A stretch of DNA of 64,000 nt from Lentisphaeria bacterium UBA1732 (lineage in GTDB: Bacteria > Verrucomicrobiota > Lentisphaeria > Victivallales > UBA1829). The stretch is taken from the NCBI GenBank assembly GCA_002315855.1, contig DCIG01000049.1, positions 63,576-127,575 of the forward strand. The letters run 5' to 3'. The notes under the pieces are model-generated. The model was not told the DNA's origin. It was given only the letters and a program-made list of their open reading frames with translations, and searched no databases. Shown here one piece after another: positions 40,167-49,646 of the stretch. How positions within the stretch are numbered: the stretch's first letter is position 1; each line of letters starts with the position of its first letter. A program made the position numbers and the translations under genes.

Positions 40167-40726
40167 AATCGTATGATTGAAAGAATAAGGTATCTTTACT
40201 TACTATCTTTATCTATTGTAAATTCATTGTTTTCAAAAATATTACAATCGAATAAAGGAACCGTCCATTATCTGATTGTGATTGAATAAAATTTTTTCGC
40301 ATTGAGATTGCATGGATTGGAAACAATGTATTTCTTTCTGTTGAATACAAGAAAACAGGATACCGCGAAGCGATGCTCTTTCGCACTCGAAAAAGCATCC
40401 GGCAAAAAGCCTTTTCACTCTGCATTAGCTCTAATATATCATGCAGATTTCTTTTTTCAAGGTCTTTTAAAAAATATATAACACTTTTTTGAAAAATACC
40501 ATTGCCGCTTTTTTCATCGAAGAAAAACCAGCTGGTTCACAGCACACTTTTTGAATCATCTCCAAATAAATTTTTTCCTGTTCACATCAATCATTCGATA
40601 ATCACAACCACACGACCTGCTTCACAACAAATACATATCTCCTTAATATCAAACAATTTAATTCTCCATAATCTTAATACCCGAACTCTCACATTCCTTC
40701 AACCATACCTTTTTCTCCTCTGCCCG

Positions 40727-42595
40727 TCATCTCTTTCCCGCTTGCCATAATCCCAGCATCAGAAGTGAAAAAATCGGATAGGAATAATCGGCTCTCCCCG
40801 CATGATGTTCTTCGAGCATTCGCACCACTTCTTTCTTCTCGAAAACATCGAATGACGGGACTGTTATCCCCAGAATAATCTCTCTCGTCTGTTCCCTCCA
40901 TACGCTGTTGATCCAGTCGGAAACAGGAACGCCGAACCCTCGTTTTTTACGTATCGGCAAATCATCCGGCAGGTCATCCGCAAACACTTCGCCCAATATC
41001 TTTTTACGGAGTTTCCCCTGCAATTTGAGGTCAGACGGCATCGTGAGAGCCAGCTCCGCCACCCGATAATCCAGAAACGGATTGCGGACTTCCAGCGAAT
41101 ACGCCATAGACGATACATCCACTTTCGGCAGAATATCGCCCGGCAGATAATTCTTCAGGTCCGCAACCATCAAACTTCCCCGGAAATCCTTCAGCTCCGG
41201 CACACGATGCGCCGCATTTTCCGGATTCAAGCTCGGCGCAAACCGCCTCAAATCACACGTCGTGAAATGCGATTGCAGTGCATCATAGCACTCCTCTGCG
41301 GAAGCCGACAGCGATGCCAGACGCAGGAAACGCCGGATTCGCCCCGCCTTGGTGCGCTCTCCCGAATCAGGAATTATTCCGGCTGCCGCCCTCGCCGCCC
41401 GTCTCACAGCCGGACTGCCGATCTGCCTCAGCATATTCATGGCCCGGTAGCGTTCATACCCACCGAAAAGTTCGTCTGCGCCGTCTCCGCTGAGAGCCAC
41501 GGTTACATGTTCCCGCACAAATTCCGCCAGCAAAGCGCACGGCAGCATGGACGCGTCTGCGTATGGCTGTCCGAACTCGCCTGCCAGAAAACGCAGCCGC
41601 TCGAAATCATCCGGCGTCGCACTTCGCACATGATGCCGGATTCGTCCCCCGTACTTCCGGTTCAGCCAGTCCGCCGTCCTTGCGGCATATTCCGATTCAT
41701 CGTAATTCCGATGAGGAAAACCAATGGTGAAACAGTCGATTTTCAAGCTTGTTTCTGCGGCGGCGAGCGATGCAATCAGTGCCGAATCAAGTCCCCCCGA
41801 AAGAAATATCCCCACCGGCACATCCGCCGTCAAACGCGTCTTCACGGCATCCCGCAGTGTGTTTTTCAGCTCATTTCGCAGTTCTTCCGAATCCGTCCGC
41901 AATTCTCTCTGCGGTACTTCGGGCGACCACCAGCGGTGCAGTTCGCATTCCCCGCTTTCAAGCTGAATCTTCAGATAACATCCCAGCTCCAGTGCCGACA
42001 CCCCCTCATAAATCGTCTTCGGCGCGCTGATATACTGATAGCACAGGTACTCCGCCAGCGCGGCTTGATTGATGTCCTCACCACCGCCCGTGCACATCCG
42101 CAGAGTATCCAGACGGCTTGCGAAAGCACATCCCTTTCCCGGCTTTACGCAGTAGAACAGCGGCTTGATACCCAGCCGGTCGCGTCCCAGCAGGAGTGTC
42201 CGTTTGGACTTGTCATACAGGGCGAAAGCGAAAAATCCATTGAGTTTCGGCAGTGCATCTGTCCCGTACCGCACGAGCATGGCGAGCAGGACCTCCGTAT
42301 CGCTTTGCGAACGAAACATAACTCCATCTTTTTCAAGCTCTCTTCTCATTTCCCCGTAATGGAAAATTTCCCCGTTGAAAACCAGCGTATACCGCCCGTC
42401 CTCCGATGAAAACGGCTGTGCCGCCGCCTCCGTCAAATCAATGACAGACAGTCTTGCATGAGCCAGTGCCAGCCCCTTGTCCGCATAAATCCCGGTCGCA
42501 TCCGGTCCCCTCTGCTTCATGCTTTCCGCGAGCCGTCTGGACAGAGCCTCATCGGCCGGCTTATCAGGCCTGTAGTATCCGGCGATCCCGCACAT
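40727..42595 (-). CDS. asnB: Asparagine synthase (glutamine-hydrolysing) family amidotransferase.
   Basis: The N-terminal MCGIAG nucleophile Cys, and the PP-loop GIFLSGGLDSALIA. Confidence 0.88.
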   Translation of the reverse strand: MCGIAGYYRPDKPADEALSRRLAESMKQRGPDATGIYADKGLALAHARLSVIDLTEAAAQPFSSEDGRYTLVFNGEIFHYGEMRRELEKDGVMFRSQSDTEVLLAMLVRYGTDALPKLNGFFAFALYDKSKRTLLLGRDRLGIKPLFYCVKPGKGCAFASRLDTLRMCTGGGEDINQAALAEYLCYQYISAPKTIYEGVSALELGCYLKIQLESGECELHRWWSPEVPQRELRTDSEELRNELKNTLRDAVKTRLTADVPVGIFLSGGLDSALIASLAAAETSLKIDCFTIGFPHRNYDESEYAARTADWLNRKYGGRIRHHVRSATPDDFERLRFLAGEFGQPYADASMLPCALLAEFVREHVTVALSGDGADELFGGYERYRAMNMLRQIGSPAVRRAARAAAGIIPDSGERTKAGRIRRFLRLASLSASAEECYDALQSHFTTCDLRRFAPSLNPENAAHRVPELKDFRGSLMVADLKNYLPGDILPKVDVSSMAYSLEVRNPFLDYRVAELALTMPSDLKLQGKLRKKILGEVFADDLPDDLPIRKKRGFGVPVSDWINSVWREQTREIILGITVPSFDVFEKKEVVRMLEEHHAGRADYSYPIFSLLMLGLWQAGKR

Positions 42596-42597
42596 GG

Positions 42598-43479
42598 TCA
42601 GCCCTCATGAATCGGAATATGTGCCGTCTGCCTGCGCTGTTGTTCGGCGGCGAGATAATCCGCCTTTGCCCGCGGGATGAAGCACGCGTCGAGGAAACGT
42701 TCCAGAATGATTTTTTTCGCCGCCTCCGAGGGATGGAGCATATCTTCGGCGTAGAACCGGTAATCTCTCAGTTCGTCGTTCAGTATCTCCCATGCGGGGA
42801 AATACGCACATTGCGGCAGTACATCGCACACCTGATGAATGGCCGTCAGAAGCTGTGCTTTGGATTGTGCATTCATCGGCAGGTTGCCGGGGTCGTGGCG
42901 CACCGGCGACAGCGTCAGAATAATCGGGCAGTCGGGATTGAATTCCCGCACGCGTCTGCAAGCCGTCAGGATTGCGGCACGGCACGTCTCGAATGACAGC
43001 ATCATCCGTTCAAACTCATTTCCCGGCACCTTGTGGCAGTTTGCGACAACGCGCCGTTCCGGCTTGTGCAGATACACAATGCACGACGACACCGTCATCA
43101 GGAAGACGTCGGCTTTCTTCACCGTGCGCAGAAACTCTTTGGCGGCCTTGTTGGCGCGTTCCGCCCCTTCTTCCGGGGTCGCGGCGGAGAAAGACCCGTG
43201 ATGTGCCCACGAATGGTACAGCCCGTTGTATTCGAAGAAATCGCCCGGCTCATAACCGCAGGTCAGACGCATCATGGCATCGCAGATGGACACCGGGTTG
43301 TACAGGACCCCGTTCGGATTTTGGGCACCTTTCATGCTGCTGGACAGCAGTACGCGTACCAAATCCTGCGAGAAACACGACCCGATGGACGCGATTGTTC
43401 CCTGCGCACGGATTTTCGGCAGGGGAAATTCATACCGCACCGGGGTGAAATTGAATGGATTCCGGACATTTTCACTCAT
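42598..43479 (-). CDS. GSCFA-domain protein.
   Basis: IASIGSCFSQDL motif near the N-terminus, about 290 aa. The gap to asnB is 2 nt and the overlap with recD2 is 8 nt. Confidence 0.7.
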   Translation of the reverse strand: MSENVRNPFNFTPVRYEFPLPKIRAQGTIASIGSCFSQDLVRVLLSSSMKGAQNPNGVLYNPVSICDAMMRLTCGYEPGDFFEYNGLYHSWAHHGSFSAATPEEGAERANKAAKEFLRTVKKADVFLMTVSSCIVYLHKPERRVVANCHKVPGNEFERMMLSFETCRAAILTACRRVREFNPDCPIILTLSPVRHDPGNLPMNAQSKAQLLTAIHQVCDVLPQCAYFPAWEILNDELRDYRFYAEDMLHPSEAAKKIILERFLDACFIPRAKADYLAAEQQRRQTAHIPIHEG

Positions 43480-45700
43480 GGGATACTCCGTAAATCAGTT
43501 TTTCAAGCAATAGTGAGAATCTCGGCTCGCGGACGGCGTTGCGCACCGCCATGGACACTGCTTTGCGCGATGCCACCAAAATCATAAGCTGTTTTGCTCT
43601 TGTCATGCCGGTGTAGAGCAGATTCTTCTGAAGCATCATATAATGCGTTGGCAGAAGCGGCATCACCACCGCCGGAAATTCGCTGCCCTGCGATTTATGC
43701 ACGGTGATTGCATACGCCGGCACGATCTGTTCCGCCTCCTCAAACGTATATTCAACGGTCAAATCCACATCGTACTTCACATGAAATTTCTTCTGTCCGA
43801 AATCAATCGATGTCAGAAATCCCATATCCCCGTTGAAAACCCCTTTATCGTAGTTGTTGACCACCTGCATCACCTTGTCGCCGGACTTGTACAGCCGTCC
43901 CGCTGCGCTGAATTGCAGTTTCGTCTGCGGATTCAGCAGTGCCTGCAAGCGTTCATTCATTGCCTGCGTCCCCACCGCCCCCCGGTTCATGGGGCAGAGC
44001 AGTTGAATATCATTGATTGGATTCAGGTTGAATCGCTTCGGAATCCTGTCGGTGATCAGACGTTCTATCACGTCTGCGGCTTCCTCGCCTTCCTCTTTTT
44101 CAATCCAGTAGAAATCCGATGGCGCATTTTTTTCCCGCCTCGGCAGATGCGGCGTAATTCCGTTGTTGACCTCATGCGCCGCGATGATGATTCCGCTCCC
44201 GCTCCCCTGCCGGAATATTTTCGTCAGCCGTGACACCGGGCATATCCGGGAATCAATCAGATCGTTCAGCACATTTCCGGGTCCCACTGATGGCAGCTGG
44301 TCGGGATCGCCCACGATGACGACTGTGGATCCCGGCTTGATTGCGCGGAACAATGCCACTGCCAGCAGTAAATCCAGCATGGATGTCTCATCGATGACAA
44401 ATAAATCGTATGGCAGCAGATTTCCGCGCCCGTGTAAAAATCCGTTGCGCGCCGGGTCCCATTTCAGCATCCTGTGCAGGGTTGATGCCTTGAATCCCGT
44501 TGCCTCGCTCATCCGTTTTGCCGCACGTCCCGTAGGGGCCGCCAGTACTGTTTTGATATTGCAGATTTTTGCCCGCCGCACGATTTCCGACACCACGGTC
44601 GTCTTGCCCACACCGGGACCGCCGGTGATGATGCTGACAGGCGACAGTGCCGCCTGACGCACGGCCGCCAGTTGTTCGTCGCTGAATCTTGTTCCCTCCG
44701 GTACAGGCACGTTTCCCAGCTTCATTCCTGCGTGTCTCTCTGCTGAAATCAGCATCTTTATCAGCTTCGGCAGTTCATTTTCACAGCGCAGCATCCCCGG
44801 ATCGTAAATCATCACATCTCCCTCCATGGAGACGCATGACTCCGCCCGTTTCGTGCTCAATGCTTCATCCAGAGCCTTTTCCGCGTCATTTTCCTCCACA
44901 CTCAGCAGCGGACACAGAAATTTGATGAATGCCGTCCTCGGCATACACACATGTCCTGCCAGTCTTGCCTGATTCAGTCCGTAGGAAACTCCGGCCACCA
45001 GTCTGCGCACATCATTATGCCCGATCCCCATTTTCTGCGCCACCTTGTCCGCGTACACGAACCCGATTCCCTTGAAATCCGCCGCCAGACGGTATGGATT
45101 CTCCTGTATCTTTTTCGCCGCCTCATCTCCGTAGCGGTCATAGATGCGAGCAAACCATACGGGATTGATTCCCAGCCCCTGCATGTAGATTTGCATTTCG
45201 CGCCGCGACGAGTTTTCCTGCCATGCCTTGCGGATGGCGTCTATCCGTTTCTTGCCCAGTCCCGGCACTTCTTTCAATCGGCGCGACGCGTTATTCAGCA
45301 CATCCAGTGTGCTTGTTCCGAATGTATCAACAATCAATTCCGCGTATTTTTCCCCGATGCCCTTGATGATGCCGGAGGAAAGATAGCGAATCAGCCCCTC
45401 GCGGGATGCGGGCAGGGAGAATGAATAATCATCCACACGGAACTGCCGCCCGTGCTCTTTATGGATTTCCCATTTCCCCGTGAGGGTTACGGTTTGCCCG
45501 GCGGAAATGCCGGGCACTGTCCCGACTGCTGTATGCTGGACACCCTGCGCGTCTCTCAGGCGGAACACCGTATAATTCGCGTCTTCGCTTTCATAGACCA
45601 CACGTTCCACTTCCCCTTTCAGGGTATGTGCGGTCAGCGATGTTCCGGTGTTTTCCTGTTGTTCGCCTGCCGGCTGTCCGTTTGTCAGCAAATCGGTCAT
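43472..45700 (-). CDS. recD2: RecD2-type (RecD/TraA family) SF1 ATP-dependent DNA helicase.
   Basis: N-terminal OB-like LKGEVERVVYESEDANYTVFRL...GKWEIHKEHGRQF, HhH region, Walker A GGPGVGKTT, LFVIDETSMLD, and the C-terminal YAITVHKSQGSEF. Confidence 0.88.
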   Translation of the reverse strand: MTDLLTNGQPAGEQQENTGTSLTAHTLKGEVERVVYESEDANYTVFRLRDAQGVQHTAVGTVPGISAGQTVTLTGKWEIHKEHGRQFRVDDYSFSLPASREGLIRYLSSGIIKGIGEKYAELIVDTFGTSTLDVLNNASRRLKEVPGLGKKRIDAIRKAWQENSSRREMQIYMQGLGINPVWFARIYDRYGDEAAKKIQENPYRLAADFKGIGFVYADKVAQKMGIGHNDVRRLVAGVSYGLNQARLAGHVCMPRTAFIKFLCPLLSVEENDAEKALDEALSTKRAESCVSMEGDVMIYDPGMLRCENELPKLIKMLISAERHAGMKLGNVPVPEGTRFSDEQLAAVRQAALSPVSIITGGPGVGKTTVVSEIVRRAKICNIKTVLAAPTGRAAKRMSEATGFKASTLHRMLKWDPARNGFLHGRGNLLPYDLFVIDETSMLDLLLAVALFRAIKPGSTVVIVGDPDQLPSVGPGNVLNDLIDSRICPVSRLTKIFRQGSGSGIIIAAHEVNNGITPHLPRREKNAPSDFYWIEKEEGEEAADVIERLITDRIPKRFNLNPINDIQLLCPMNRGAVGTQAMNERLQALLNPQTKLQFSAAGRLYKSGDKVMQVVNNYDKGVFNGDMGFLTSIDFGQKKFHVKYDVDLTVEYTFEEAEQIVPAYAITVHKSQGSEFPAVVMPLLPTHYMMLQKNLLYTGMTRAKQLMILVASRKAVSMAVRNAVREPRFSLLLEKLIYGVSHE

Positions 45701-45715
45701 GAATACTGCATCAAA

Positions 45716-46828
45716 TCAATGATGGGAGAAGATGCGTTCCGGCGCATGGCGCAGAGCCACGCCCAGTTCATTGGCGCGCTTGACCACGTCGGCGTCCTTC
45801 AGAGACCCCGCAGGCGACACAACCGCCTTGATTCCGGCTGCCGCCGCCACTTCCAGCGCATCCGGGAACGGGAAGAATCCATCGCTGGACATCACGGCCC
45901 CTTCCAGAGTTGCGCTGCCCGTGAATTTCTGTCTGAACTTTTCGATTGCCTGCTCCACTGCACCCACGCGATCCTGTTCGCCGGTGCCGACGGAAAGCGT
46001 TTGACCGTCCTTCACGATTACGACTCCGTTTGAACGCACGGAGAGGTTGATATACCATGCCGCCAGCAAATCCTTCATCTGCTGTTCGGTCGGTTCCACG
46101 GTGCAGACCTGTGCTCCGCAAGCCTTGTTTTCTCCGGCTGCCGCGGGCATGTCTTCGGCGGAACGCACATGCGTCAGCAGCGGTGCCGCAATGACCAGAG
46201 ACCCGTCGCCCAGCACCTTGATGGTTTCTGCGGCATCGTCGCCCACGTAACGGGGCAGAGATTCGATGGCGCAGCATTTCAGCACGCGCAGCTGCTTGTT
46301 CAGCTTGTAGGTTTCACCGTCATTGAAAACAGCCAGTGCTTCTTCAGAGAAATCCGGTGCCACTACGCATTCCGCGAATGACGTCATGATTTCGGCGGCG
46401 GTTTCCTTGTCCACGGGCTTATTGAATGCAATGACGCTTCCGAATGCCGCGCGGGCGTCGCAGTCGCGGGCCTTGATGAAGACCTGACGCAAAGTTTCAC
46501 CCGGCAGACCGACTGCCGCGCCGCTGGGGTTCACATGCTTCATCACGGCACACGCCGGCATGTCGAAATACTTCACGATGTTCAGCGCGCCGGAAATATC
46601 TTCCAGATTGGTCTGCGACAGACCGTTCTTTCCCGACTTCAGCATCACCATATCCATCAGTGCGCCGTTTCCGTCGGCGGGACGGTAGAAGGCCGCCGGC
46701 TGGTGCGGGTTCGTTCCGTAGCGCAGATCGTCTTTCTTCACAAATTTGCGCCCCGCAATCACGATTTCTGCCGGATAATCTCCGATGTTTGCGGTTAAAT
46801 ACGTGTTTCGATTCATCTTTTCAGACAT
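45716..46828 (-). CDS. AICAR formyltransferase-domain protein (PurH C-terminal domain only).
   Basis: LRYGTNPHQPAAFY and the C-terminal ...RIFSHH match the AICARFT half of PurH. No N-terminal MGS-like IMP cyclohydrolase domain is present in the 370-aa ORF. Confidence 0.7.
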   Translation of the reverse strand: MSEKMNRNTYLTANIGDYPAEIVIAGRKFVKKDDLRYGTNPHQPAAFYRPADGNGALMDMVMLKSGKNGLSQTNLEDISGALNIVKYFDMPACAVMKHVNPSGAAVGLPGETLRQVFIKARDCDARAAFGSVIAFNKPVDKETAAEIMTSFAECVVAPDFSEEALAVFNDGETYKLNKQLRVLKCCAIESLPRYVGDDAAETIKVLGDGSLVIAAPLLTHVRSAEDMPAAAGENKACGAQVCTVEPTEQQMKDLLAAWYINLSVRSNGVVIVKDGQTLSVGTGEQDRVGAVEQAIEKFRQKFTGSATLEGAVMSSDGFFPFPDALEVAAAAGIKAVVSPAGSLKDADVVKRANELGVALRHAPERIFSHH

Positions 46829-46986
46829 TTTTCGTCTCCGTGGGCTTTAAAAAAAGCATTGAACGTGATATGTTATTTGTATGATACCGAATACTCGCTT
46901 CTCCCGCCTCTGTTTTTTTGCGGCGAAGTGAGCTGTTCTGCTGCATCATTTTCCGGGTATCGTTTCTTCCTGTGGAGAAACATACA

Positions 46987-47029
46987 GGCTGATTTCAAAA
47001 GCCATTGGCGAATGGATTTGAAATTAGCT
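46987..47029. repeat. Copy of the GATTTCAAA palindromic repeat family (first of a tandem pair).
   Basis: ggctGATTTCAAAagccattggcgaatggaTTTGAAATtagct. Confidence 0.7.
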
Positions 47030-47031
47030 TT

Positions 47032-47077
47032 GAGCTGATTTCAAATGTCTTTGTCAGTAACATTTGAAATTTAACTC
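47032..47077. repeat. Copy of the GATTTCAAA palindromic repeat family (second of a tandem pair).
   Basis: GAGCTGATTTCAAAtgtctttgtcagtaacaTTTGAAATttaactc. Confidence 0.7.
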
Positions 47078-47146
47078 ATACTCTATTAATTTACATTCAC
47101 GTGTGCAATATCGCAAATCATATTCGCAAAAAATCGGGTTTTATTC

Positions 47147-47785
47147 ATGAAAGGATGTTTCATCACACTGGAAGGCGGCGAAGGCGGAGGCAAATCCACT
47201 CAGCTTCAACTCCTTGCCGACGCACTTCGCAGACAGACTTCGCGGGAAGTCATCGCAACCCGTTCCCCCGGCGGAACGCTCATTGCCGAAAAAATTCGCA
47301 GAATCCTGAAAACTCCCGAAGAAAGCGAAACGCTCGTCCCCGATGCGGAACTCCTCCTCTTTGCCGCATGTCATGCACAGATGTGCGCCTCCCTGATTCG
47401 TCCCGCTCTCGAACGCGGCGCCATCATCATTTCCGACCGTTTTATTGACTCCACTTCCGTCTATCAGGGCGTTGCACGCGGCATTTCTCACGATGTCGTG
47501 GAATATCTCAATCAATTCGCCACCGCCGGACTGAAACCCGACCTCACCATCGTCCTCGACCTCGACATTGATGCCGGACGCGCTCGCGCAAATGCCCGCA
47601 ACGGCATGGAATCCGACCGTTTCGACTCCGAATCCGCCGCTTTCTTTCAGTCCGTCCGTTCCGGCTTCCTGAAACTCGCGGAAAATGACCCCGCACGTGT
47701 CGCCGTTGTCGATGCTTCCGCCGACCCGCAAACTGTTCTCTCTCTCATCCTGGAGCAAATCCATGAACGACTGGCAATCTTTTGA
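47147..47785 (+). CDS. tmk: Thymidylate kinase.
   Basis: FITLEGGEGGGKSTQ P-loop and DRFIDSTSVYQG. Confidence 0.92.
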   Translation: MKGCFITLEGGEGGGKSTQLQLLADALRRQTSREVIATRSPGGTLIAEKIRRILKTPEESETLVPDAELLLFAACHAQMCASLIRPALERGAIIISDRFIDSTSVYQGVARGISHDVVEYLNQFATAGLKPDLTIVLDLDIDAGRARANARNGMESDRFDSESAAFFQSVRSGFLKLAENDPARVAVVDASADPQTVLSLILEQIHERLAIF

Positions 47786-48836
47786 ATCCGCGTATCCTCT
47801 TTTGGGACAATCTCTGCGCTTTGCCCGACTGAACAACCGTCTCGCGCATTCTTATCTGGTTGTCTCGTCCAATGCCTCTCTGCGCAATAGCTTCCCGCTC
47901 CTTCTGGCATCCCTTGTGGCGTGCCGTCAGCCCGGCCCCGACGGCTCCCCCTGCGGCGAATGCCCCATTTGCAGAGAACTTGCGGATGGTCTCTATCCCG
48001 ACCTCTTCCAGCTTGCACCCACCTCAAAATCCCGCGAAATCAAAATCGGCGCTGATGACGATGACCCCGACTCCCTCCGCAATTTTGAAGCAAAATTCTA
48101 CCTCACCAGCACCACCCCGAATGGATGGAAAATCGGCATCATTTACGACTGCGACACCATGAATGCCAATGCGCAGAATGCCTTCCTGAAAACCTTGGAG
48201 GAACCCCCGAAAAACTGCCTTTTCATCCTTGTTACGGGACGTCCCTCCGCTTTGCTTCCCACCATTCGTTCCCGCTGCCAGATTTTGACCTTGACCGACA
48301 ATCACTGCAAATACAATCTGGACGATTTCTCCGGTCTCATGGAAATCCTCATGACACTGACCTTTCACGCTCACGGCAGTCTCCCCGAAGCTGAAAAATG
48401 CGCCGCCTCTCTCATCGAAATGATGAATGCGCTCTACGACAAAGCGGAAGCATCCGTGAATGAAAAATGGAAATCGCGCCTCGCCGAATCCGACAACCTC
48501 GAATCCTCCGCGAAAAAGCTCATCGAAACCCGCATGGAGGGGGAAACCGGATGTGAATACCGCCGTCTCCGCGAAGAATTTCTCAGCCTCATTCATACTT
48601 GGTTTGCCCAGCTTGTACTGCTTGCCTCTGCACAGGATGCTGTCCTGCCAAATCCCGAAATCATGTCTCTTTGGCTGGAGGCTTCTCCTCGTCCCTCGAT
48701 TGCTCCACGCGAAGCCGTTCGGATGCTTTCCGAAGCCGAATATCTGCTCCGCGTCCTGAATACCAATGTCAACGACGAACTGGCGGTTCGCTCCTTTGCG
48801 CTGTCTGTCGCGATTAACGTCCGCGCCGGAGTCTGA
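47763..48836 (+). CDS. holB: DNA polymerase III delta-prime subunit.
   Basis: LAHSYLVVS..., zinc module CGECPICREL, NAFLKTLEEPP, and TIRSRCQ. I prefer the ATG at 47763 (MNDWQSF...). Confidence 0.8.
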   Translation: MNDWQSFESAYPLLGQSLRFARLNNRLAHSYLVVSSNASLRNSFPLLLASLVACRQPGPDGSPCGECPICRELADGLYPDLFQLAPTSKSREIKIGADDDDPDSLRNFEAKFYLTSTTPNGWKIGIIYDCDTMNANAQNAFLKTLEEPPKNCLFILVTGRPSALLPTIRSRCQILTLTDNHCKYNLDDFSGLMEILMTLTFHAHGSLPEAEKCAASLIEMMNALYDKAEASVNEKWKSRLAESDNLESSAKKLIETRMEGETGCEYRRLREEFLSLIHTWFAQLVLLASAQDAVLPNPEIMSLWLEASPRPSIAPREAVRMLSEAEYLLRVLNTNVNDELAVRSFALSVAINVRAGV

Positions 48837-48842
48837 TGCCCC

Positions 48843-49646
48843 ATGCCTGCGACCATTCGCAACTCTTATGCGTTCGCCCCCATTGGATTGGTTCACACTT
48901 CCGCAAAATGGCGTTACGAAGCACCCCGTCAGGCGGAATTTTCTTCTTATTCCGCCTGCATTGACCTCTATCCCGGCATGGGATTTGAGGATGCTCTTGC
49001 CGACCTCGCCGGATTCCAGCGCATTTGGGTCATTTTCGTCTTCCACCTGAATGCCACATGGCGTCCGAAAGTCTCGCCACCATACGCACCCGAACACCGC
49101 AAATACGGCGTTTTTGCCACCCGTTCCCCGCATCGTCCCAACCCCATTGGATTGAGCTGTGTCGAGCTTGCAGGAATCGACGGCTTGAAAATCTGTCTGA
49201 AACAGTGCGATATTTTGGACCGCACCCCCGTTCTGGACATCAAACCGTACATCCCCATGGCAGATTCCTTCCCCGACTCGAAAGCCGGATGGCGTGATGC
49301 CCTGAATCTGCGCGAATGGCATCATATTTTTTCTCCCATCGCATCCTTGCAGGCGGACTGGATTTGCCGCGAAACCTCCCTCGACCTGATGAATTTCTGC
49401 GAAGTCCAGCTCAGATACAATCCTTTCGACACCGAAAAAAAGCGCATCGAGCAGACCTCTTCCGGATGGACGATTCACTGCCGCACATGGTCCATCGACT
49501 ATACGGCCGATGAATCCGCCTCCCTCTTGCAGATTGTCCGCATCCGCTCCAATTATTCAGCCGATGACCTGCTCCCCGGCACTCCCGATCCACACGCCGA
49601 CAAAGACTTCCACCGCAGATTCCTGGAGGTCGCCTCATGGAAGTGA
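48843..49646 (+). CDS. TsaA/YaeB-family tRNA methyltransferase (TrmO-like).
   Basis: IGLVHTS..., FQRIWVIFVFH, RSPHRPNPIGLSCVEL, and LDRTPVLDIKPYIP. Confidence 0.8.
   Translation: MPATIRNSYAFAPIGLVHTSAKWRYEAPRQAEFSSYSACIDLYPGMGFEDALADLAGFQRIWVIFVFHLNATWRPKVSPPYAPEHRKYGVFATRSPHRPNPIGLSCVELAGIDGLKICLKQCDILDRTPVLDIKPYIPMADSFPDSKAGWRDALNLREWHHIFSPIASLQADWICRETSLDLMNFCEVQLRYNPFDTEKKRIEQTSSGWTIHCRTWSIDYTADESASLLQIVRIRSNYSADDLLPGTPDPHADKDFHRRFLEVASWK

Noticed and set aside
46829-46986. A ZTP (pfl) riboswitch, expected upstream of a purH-like gene.
   Set aside because: Reading the minus-strand leader, I could not find the conserved GGGUCGUGACUGGCG or CCGCCUGGGC-type blocks.
48024-49478. A 484-aa minus-strand ORF across holB and trmO. 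Other long antisense ORFs are 59188-60432, 61172-62212, 9665-10792, 11096-12271, 6941-7927, 8751-9593, 41207-42409, 50137-50946, 21643-22359 and 23052-23900.
   Set aside because: Each overlaps a confidently identified gene on the other strand and lacks recognisable motifs. They are treated as non-coding shadow frames.
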